The notes under the pieces were generated by a model. The model saw only the letters and a program-made list of their open reading frames with translations. It did not search any database and was not told the origin of the DNA. A program made the position numbers and the translations under genes. 64,000 nt of DNA, from the NCBI GenBank assembly GCA_017499595.2, contig CM038998.1, positions 1,240,001 to 1,304,000 on the forward strand, read 5' to 3'. Below are positions 55,719 through 64,000 of the stretch, in pieces (position 1 is the stretch's first letter; each line of letters begins with the position of its first letter). The stretch is from Psilocybe cubensis (lineage: Eukaryota).

Positions 55719-58700
55719 ATGGCCCACCAACAAGTCTACCAAGCTTATCCACAAAACAAGGGGACCCTAATACCTGGCCAGACGATTTCGGTGAATAACT
55801 ACACTGTTCAGGTCGAACGTTATCTATCCCAAGGTGAAATTTACACTTGAATCGATCCGCAATTTATTCTAATGATTCTCATAGGTGGCTTCGCCCATGT
55901 CTATCTTGTTCGGACTCCTACTCCTGTATACAACACGACGCACCACGTCCTAAAACGAATCGCAGTTGCTAGCGAGTCAATGCTGACGGAGGTCAAGAAG
56001 GAGGTTGATATAATGGTGTGTCACGCCCTACTACTTTGTTATCCATCCAACTTAATATTTCTTATAAAGCGCCTGTTGAAAGGTCATCCGAACATTGTCC
56101 ATCTCATCGATGCGGCATGGCACAAGTTGCCCAATGGCACATTCGAAGTATTCATTCTGATGGAATATTGCCCTGGTAAGAGTTTATTCAATGACTGACT
56201 TCGGGTGTTTCCCTAAAAATTCTTTGTCAAAGGTGGCGGGATAATTGACATGATGAATCGCCGACTCCGCGAACGACTGACAGAAGCAGAAATCTTGCAG
56301 ATTTTCGTAGATGTTTGCGAAGGACTGGCGTACATGCATAATTCACGACCACCCTTACTTCATCGGGACTTAAAAGTTGAAAACATTTTGCAATCTTCTC
56401 CAACTTCTTTTAAACTTTGCGATTTTGGGTCAGCAACCACTGTATCAAATCCGCCGACCAACATGCAAGAGATTCGTGCTCTGGAAGCAGACCTCAACAA
56501 GCATACAACGTTGCAGTACCGGGCCCCTGAAATGGTTGACGTATACTCAAAACGCCCAGTTAACGAAAAGAGCGATATCTGGGCTCTTGGTGTCCTGCTT
56601 TATAAACTTTGCTACTATACCACGCCGTTTGAAGAACACGGTCCACTGGCCATCCTCAATGTTCAATACCGCATACCATCTTATCCTGTGTACTCACAAG
56701 ACATGAATATGTTGATTGGTATGTTTTGCCCAAACCACTTGTCACAATATGCCGACCTCAATTTCCTTCATAGGGTCCATGTTGAGGGAACATGGAGCAC
56801 AGAGACCAACTGTTTTTGAGTTGCTGAATCACGTACATCGCCTCCGCGGAACGAAGTCAAAATTCTCATACAACGTACCGGTACCCCCACCACTCTTGGC
56901 TCGTCACCCAACACACGCCAAACCCCAGCCTGCTCAAAATCCATTGGAAGACGTCATTTCTTACAAGTCGCCCTCATCAAAACCTGTTATTTCCGTATAT
57001 GACTCCAAGGTACATCCCCAAACCATTCCTCCTGCTTCAAACCAAGGCGTCCAGGCCCGAGAAAAGGTTTTGGAAGCCATCGCTCCAATGAGGCGAGGCC
57101 GACCATCAGCGACGCATTCATCTTCTAGACCAGCAAGTCCTCAAAAGCTCCACCCTACTCGAGAGAAGACAACAGATTGGATGGATAGTGGTTTCGAAAA
57201 CGAGAAGGATCACCTTTGGAAATCTGTTACAGAGAAATCATCTTCGATGGGTACTGATTTGAATAATATAGATGATGGTTGGAGCCTTAAGGCGTCAGAT
57301 AAAAAATCTCAAGGAGAGACAAAGGAGCAGTCACGAGGATTCGGTGATGATTTCGCAGAGAAGTTATGGAGTTCTCCTGACCCCAACACAGTAACTGCTC
57401 CCCAGCCTCCGAAATCTAGTTCTCGGCCGAATATCAATTCCACGAAATTGAACGACGCCCCTCTCACTCCCCTGGCCTTCACTGGAACTAGTACGATTCG
57501 GCCAAAGCCAGAGCGTTTGATTCAAAACAGAGACAAGGATGCATTCGAAGGCCTTGGCCTCATGTCATCGATGCCTAAGGCGGCACCTACACTAGGAGAA
57601 GCTCGTAAACTGCGCACTGGGTTAGCTAGTATGACATTGTCCTCGGCGCATGAAAACTATTATCGTGACAATGGCCAACTCAATACCCACTCAGCTCGAC
57701 CCTCACCTTCCCCACAACCGAGATATCTATCTACTACTCCCCTTCAAGCCCAGTCGGTATCTCCTGTACCCACTCCAGGTTCAGGAAGCTCCTACAAACA
57801 TCCTCACTATTCACCCTCGGTTCCTAGTCCATCTCCGTCTGCCGGCCAAGATGGCCCTATTGAATCTAAATATCCTTCGCTTGAGGAATTGGATGCTCAA
57901 TTCTCGCCCACAATTAATGCACTTTACCCAGCTGTAGTGAACGACTCCTCGTCTCATTATATGCCTGCAATGTCCAGAAATGCTGCTAGTAATCGCGCTC
58001 AGCATCAAGCTAAACCTACTAGCGAATTATCTGGATCGGTCAACACTTTGTTAAGACCATCTGTTCCACAGGCGGTTAATCCCCATTCCGTTGAGGGTGT
58101 GAGGTCGGAGCAGGTGACAGGCATCGCAATGCGGGAAACTAAGGAAAGTCGTAAATCCGAAGGTAGTCAAAGCAAGAAGAACGTCTCATCTCAGAATATT
58201 GATGAAGCTGGAAGTAGCAAATTTGCTATAAAACCTATGGTCATTAGAAAACATCCTAGCTCTGTCACTATGAATCCCTCCTTTTCGACGAGTAAATCTG
58301 CAGAGAAAGATACACCGCATACACCGCAGGCTGTAAACATCACGCCCAGCGAAAACCTCGTCCCTCCCAAATTCCCAGCCAGACCACATACCAACGTACA
58401 ACCGCGTGATTGGCTGACTGGAGATGACTTCGACGACATCAAACGTGTGCCTACGCCAGTGCTTCGTGATTCACCCAGCAAAAGGGCCTCGTTTATTGAA
58501 GTCGATGACTTCGAGATTCCTCAATCTAGTGCAATTACTCAGTACGCCATTGCACCAGAACGAATTATCGATGAGCCACCATCTGCTGATATTTCACCTA
58601 CCGTGTCCAAATTCAAACGTGCGTTCCCTGCTATCGACAAGATCGACACTGCTCCTTCGCAGCAACCAACTGCATCAGGTCTTACTGATAATTGGAGTCC

Positions 58701-60195
58701 AGTGGCAAGGCGAGGAGGAAAGGATGCAGATGAGGATTCCTCAAGCGCGGATGAAGGGCCAGAGGATGTGAGAGGTATACCATCGCTAGATCGGAAAAGG
58801 CACGCTTCGAGGACGAAAGGAAGGCAAAGTTCAGTGCATGAACTTGTGTATCAGTACGGCGGACCTGCTTTAGTCAAGGAGAAGGAGTCAGAAAAGGAAG
58901 CTAATACAGCTGCTATCCAAAGAACAAGAGAACAAGAGAGTGTGAAAGAACGAGAGAGTGAACGAGAGAGGGAGAAGGAAAGAGAAAGAGAATTGGAACG
59001 GGAGAGGGAAATAAACAGAGAGAGGCAGCGAGAAAAGGAAATAAAAGAGGCAGAAAGGGAAAAAGAGATTGTAAGAGAACGGGAGAAGTTGAAGAACCTA
59101 GAGCTGGAAAGGGAGAAAGAGAAAGAACGGGACCGTGAACGAGAACGTCCGCCTATGCACTATAGTGTCGGTGACTATAAAGTTTATAAGCCAAAAGCGC
59201 CGGGATTAGCACCTCCAGCAGCCCAGGATCTTGATCGCAAGACGCCTTCCCCGACAAGCAATACAAACAATTTTTCATCAACAACCATGAATCGGTCACC
59301 GCGTCTACAAACCATACCCCTCAATGATAAACCTCTGGCTCCTATAAATGGCACAAAACAGACGTCCTCTGCCCGTTCCCGCCCTCAGTCTATGTTCATT
59401 TTCCCGTCTAAGTCAGCGGATAGCTCATCGACGCCTACCACTAATTTAATGCCCCCTCAAGAAACCAGGCCGCGAGCGACAAGACGAACATCGATATCAG
59501 ATATGGTTCAACATTACGAGGCCATCGGTGGCTCGGTTAAATCTCCCACCTCAGTACCTCCCACCCCGCCGTCACCGATTAACAGGCCAGTTTCTACCAA
59601 GGCGACCACTATGGCTTCTGGAAATGGGCGCATGATCAATAACAAAGTCTCTACAGAGTTTACCAAGTTGAAACCTGTCACATCTCAATTTCCAGTATCG
59701 ATTGAAGCGTCTGTTCGACACACTGAAGAATTCTCTACGAAATCCGAACCACCCCGTCATGCCAATACCAACACTGGTCTCAGTCGCACGCCAACAACAA
59801 AGACAGTAAGGAAAACTACGCTCGACAATCGGCGAGATAATTTTGTTCGTCCTTCTTCACCAGAGACATCCTCTGGCAACGTCTCAGCAAAGCCAGATCC
59901 ACCTGCCGCTTCCTATTCTAAGTTGGAACTTTCATCTTCACGACCCGCCAAGGTCTCTCACCCGTCCGAGTCGTTCAAACCTAGCTCTCCTCGGAAACCA
60001 CCAATTTCCATCAACGAGGACATTTTATCAAAGCAGGAAGAACCGATATCATCCCCTCCCGAACAGCCCTATCAAGGTGTTGGAAGGTTAATCGATCAGT
60101 GGCAAAAGAAATCTGCTGAGGCTGAACAATCGCGACCTGTACCTGGCAAATTCTTGTCGAAAAGACCTGGAATGTTGCGTGGGGAGGATAGATGA
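55719..60195 (+). CDS. Ark1/Prk1 (NAK) family Ser/Thr protein kinase with long disordered tail
   Basis: YLSQG-GFAHVYLV; VLKRI; ILMEYCPGGGIID; PPLLHRDLKVEN; KLCDFGSA; HTTLQYRAPEMVD; KSDIWALGVLLYKLCYYTTPFE. Confidence 0.93.
58875..59150 (+). repeat. Purine-rich coding repeat encoding an E/R/K-rich helix
   Basis: Almost entirely A/G. Encodes KERESEREREKERERELEREREINRERQREKEIKEAEREKEIVREREKLKNLELEREKEKERDRERER. Confidence 0.8.
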
Positions 60196-60341
60196 CACGA
60201 ATCTGCTGTCCTTTTATGTCGTCATGTTATCGTTGTACTTGTATTCTTGGTTTACTTATATTATATGGATGGACTATCGTAATGGATTCACTACAATTAC
60301 ACATATCTAAGTTATGAAAGGCAGTGTTAAATAATGATAGG

Positions 60342-61339
60342 TCATCTCTGAGATGAATCCGAGTCCGAGTCGTTGATGTAGAACGACTCGCGTGATTTTT
60401 TCTTTTCTTTAGAACCCAAAAGCAATTCCCGTGCCATATCCCTGCCTTTCCCAACCTCCCATCCAGACTCTTCCCGTGGGTAGGTGTTAGCTTGTACCCT
60501 CTCAGTTTCTCCACCTAAACCCATCTCTAGAGCAACAGCATCAGCTCGAGCAATATTGGATTGCGTCGGATGTATAAATATGTCGTCAGGCTTTGATTTA
60601 GATCGGGGACGCGTCTTGACGGTCCTGGGAGGGTAGGTTTGTTCTTCGTCCGATAGCAGTGGCCGCGAGATCGATTCGTATTTCTGACTATAACATAGTG
60701 AAGATGGTTTAAGTTTTAAGAGGTCATAAAGGAGCAACATACTGGGGATAAACGTCGCGTGCTTTTGGTAAATTGCGCAGCTCGATGATAAATTGGGCTG
60801 CAGAAAGAGTGATGACCTGTCGTAACGCATCAAGATATGTCAAGATAGCTGATATTTTACGGTGATGCCTACAATTGTTGCCAGTAATCTATTAAGAAAT
60901 CCATCAGCAAAAAGGTTTTACGAGATAAAATACAGTACTCACCCAAGGTGAAATGTCATTGCAACGAGCATATAGCATCTAAGGATGGAAGTATACTCAG
61001 ATAACTGCAGTTTAGTAGGAAGCGGTCTCACAATCTAAGCAAGGTGGCTATGGAATATAGGCCAGTCCTCCAAAAAGCGAAAGATATCCGTGACAATTTG
61101 AAGAATCGGGGACTGCATTGCTTCTCAAGCAGAAACGTTAGATATCTGCATTTCAGGTTCATAGGAGGTCAATAAGCATGTGTAGAAGTTGAACGGCTTG
61201 AGGCGCACCTCTCCAAGAGACATATGCTGACAATTAACAGTAAGGCTACCACAAAGTTTCCAAATGACGTCAGCACGATGCTGGGTAGAAGGACGTGTTC
61301 GTTATTGAATGACCAATGCAGATGAGGTTCGAAGGTCAT
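60342..61339 (-). CDS. Ctr (SLC31) copper-transporter-like membrane protein
   Basis: Six exons (61209-61339, 61032-61145, 60943-60978, 60873-60888, 60743-60816, 60342-60687) with 53-63-nt GT-AG introns join in frame: MTFEPHLHWSF...SFGNFVVALLLIVSICLLERYL...WRTGLYSIATLLRLCYMLVAMTFHLGLLATIVITLSAAQFIIE. Three TMs, with MxxxM in TM2. Confidence 0.7.
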
Positions 61340-61872
61340 GTTTGGTGGAAAATGAGCGCGTCGCGCAACGGTATTAAATATTGCAGTGGAGGTCGTGAAA
61401 GAAGGTGGTAACCATTTGATTTGATGTTATAACTGACGGAAATTGGTTATTCCAACATGTCGCGACTCAAATTGGCAGTACCTGTCTAACTCACAACAAT
61501 TACGATCTCATCATCTCAACACAGAAAAAACCGTTGTACCTAGCGCGCAATTGTGGGATATCAGAGGAACCCAGCTGTCAGGTTTTGTATCCTCAAGTCT
61601 TCACTATCAGCCTTCGTAGATGTCTACTTAGGCTGCGACATTTGTATTATTTGATCGGTTGCAAACCAAGTCGTTGATATAGACGGTCTACATTACACCC
61701 GCGGTTTTTGTGTTGAACCTTCAACCACCTTTGTATTGAGTTATGCACTTCAACGATGTGTGATACACCGCAAAAATATGGAATACAATATTAAAATATT
61801 TTCAACAACGCAATCGCCACGCAAGACTGTTGTGCTTCCGGTGGACGACACCTTGATGTAATGTAATGCCAA

Positions 61873-64000
61873 TCATGGATCGGGTAGTTTTTTCTGCCTG
61901 ATCTCTGCAGCCTTTTCAGCTCTCCATTCACAGTCGTTTTCATATTCGCAGTATCTAGAAGTACGAAAAGTTGGTCAAGTGCTGCTCAGTAATCACCGCC
62001 ACCACCAACTCACGAGCAACGATAAGTGCGATCCAGAGGCACCCCTTCAGGTCTCCGTTCCCCTCGCCACCACTCTAGTACATGGTCAAGGTACTTGTCC
62101 AGTTCCTCATCATTGTGCAAAAACCTTTTCGTTCCGATTATCTTGAAGCGCCGAATTCCTTGTTCTTCTGCTTCAATTTCCTTTTCTTTACCCTTGCCAA
62201 TTTTTTCAGTGACATCAACGCACTCAATTTCCGGAAGATCTACTAATGGTAACTGTAAATAAGCGTTGCTTATTATTAGGTCCGCAAAGTCGATACCTGA
62301 GTTGTCAAAAGTCTTTGACACATTCTGAGCTATAATGGATTCAGCAAGTGTCGTTTGAAATTTCGTATCTTCAGTGCCAGAATTAGGGCTGTCAAATTGA
62401 TTTTTCTTATAAAAATGTGTTGACGGGCCTATATGGCTCATATCGACCTGGGTTTGCGAGGCAGATACATCTTCCAAACTGGCAGCAATTGCGATCATCA
62501 AATCTCTTTCTTCATCGCTGATGGTTTGAGGTGGCCTAGGTGTTGTCAAACCATGCTTCTTCTTTTTACGTCTAGGAGATGGCCTCAAGCGATATACCAA
62601 TTCCAAGGTAGGATCGACACCAACAATATTTAAATCCTTGATTTCGCTATGCCACAATGACACCAAGTCGTCCAAACAGGTGGACTGGAAGCCGGAGGAT
62701 TCTTCGATAAGGTGAGCTTGGACAAGAAACTTCGTTGGAAAAATGGCTGCTGAGTTGACACCCAATTTGCTCCAAAAGGGTGAGAAGTCGTAGGGAGGAT
62801 TTGTTGATATAAGCTGTGAAAGGAGTCTTCGATACAACATAAGCTGCATACGACCTGACTGCATATCAGCCTCTGAAGGTATATAAGGCTTTTCCCGCGT
62901 TTTGTTGTCCTTGATGTGCAAAACGTATTCCGACGAACTTCGCGTCTGCGTTTGTTCTTCCTCAACCACTAGCGATGGTGATTGTGAAGGTTTCTTCTCT
63001 TTCTTGGAGCTTTCGAAACAGGAATCTATTCGAGTTTGTGGATAAGGCAAGCTTGTGCGCGGCTTCTTTGAGATGGAGGAAGGCTGCAGATGGTCTGACG
63101 GACGCTTGGAACTTTTAAATGCAATCGAGTTGGGCATTTTTGGTACCTCTTCTTTTATCACTTCATCCTTTAAAGATTGAAAAAATTGTTTTTCCTAAAG
63201 ATTGTGTACTTACCATAATACCAACAACGACTTCATCGTGAATCACTCCAAAAACGGGCATCTCCCTCTGAAGATGAAGTAGTATAAGCTTTCACGACTT
63301 TTTTCCACTGATAAGCGAGTTCTAATTACCGTGAAGCCTCCCATAATACTTTTTAAACAAGCAAGCATGTTCACGAGTCTTTGAAAACCATCAACAACTC
63401 TAATTAGAAGACAGAATTTGCAGCCACGTACCGCAAAGCCCAACGCGTCTCTTCGCTTGTAATATCCACTTGAAGTTCCTCGAATTTGATCTCCCTTTCA
63501 AGTTCCTTGTGAACGGCCTATTTCCATGGTGAGATGAGATGGTCGACTCTTGCGCATGTAAACGGAGCTTACAAGTCCCTGTCTTGTTTGTATATCATTT
63601 TTCTTGACAATGTTTGGTTCTGGGCGGATCGTCTTCCCGGAAGAAGATTGGAAAGTTTGAGGACGCTCGCTGATCGGACGCGATCTCCTGCCTCGCAACC
63701 CATAGTCATACTGAACTTCACACCTTCGTTCGTAAGTAGAGATAGGAAAGGTCATTAAAATATAGTTGGCTTACCATGCAGGTGAAGTGAGGTCCGTTAC
63801 AGAAAGGGTCATATACGGACGAAATTGGTTAAGTGGAGAGTTAGACAATCGTGGCTTCCAGGTACCATTGATATGTTTATTTTCTCCGACTGTATGTTTG
63901 GAAGTACCAGACACATCAACTGGTCCTTCAATCTCAATAGCGATAGATGGACCAGCACTTGGTTTAGGTATCTTTTTTGATACATATTCATCCAGCGCAT
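61873..64000 (-). CDS. EXO5: Exonuclease V (Exo5/Dem1) 5' exonuclease with Fe-S cluster; 5' end lies outside the window
   Basis: LSVTDLTSPAW-CEVQYDYGL; REMPVFG; VVGI-IDEV; DNKTR; QLMLYRRLL; WWRGERRPEGV...RCS-YCEYENDCEWR (four Fe-S Cys). Confidence 0.9.

Overview
This is gene-dense, intron-rich fungal DNA. Short (about 50-80 nt) GT-AG introns, microexons and the gene content point to an Agaricomycete/Agaricales-type basidiomycete; the species cannot be determined from the sequence. I reconstructed 26 protein-coding loci by hand-splicing. Most are housekeeping genes: a DHHC palmitoyltransferase, CutC, a delta-9 desaturase-b5 fusion, a double-bromodomain protein, MetAP2, an HSL-family esterase, an epoxide hydrolase, ISC1, NXT1, PRP22, a DHX57-like helicase, nicotinamidase, a hydroxyacid dehydrogenase, an Ark/Prk kinase and Exo5. 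I saw no tRNA, rRNA, CRISPR array or recognisable transposon. The most notable observations are: (1) two hypothetical genes flanking the nicotinamidase share an unrecognised N-terminal hydrophobic motif split by an identically placed intron, and one carries a poly-His tract; (2) a second, highly diverged CutC paralog keeps four intron positions but has lost the conserved Cys/His residues; (3) a 3-nt microexon supplies a catalytic His of the desaturase; (4) a CCCH-zinc-finger protein has a GW/WG repeat region resembling an Argonaute hook; (5) a Ctr-like copper transporter is invisible in the ORF track; (6) an 8-Cys small secreted protein is frameshifted; (7) a secreted BBE-like oxidase has only one intron; (8) Exo5 contains a UIM-like insertion. 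Gene models are manual, and product calls rest on remembered family motifs rather than database searches.
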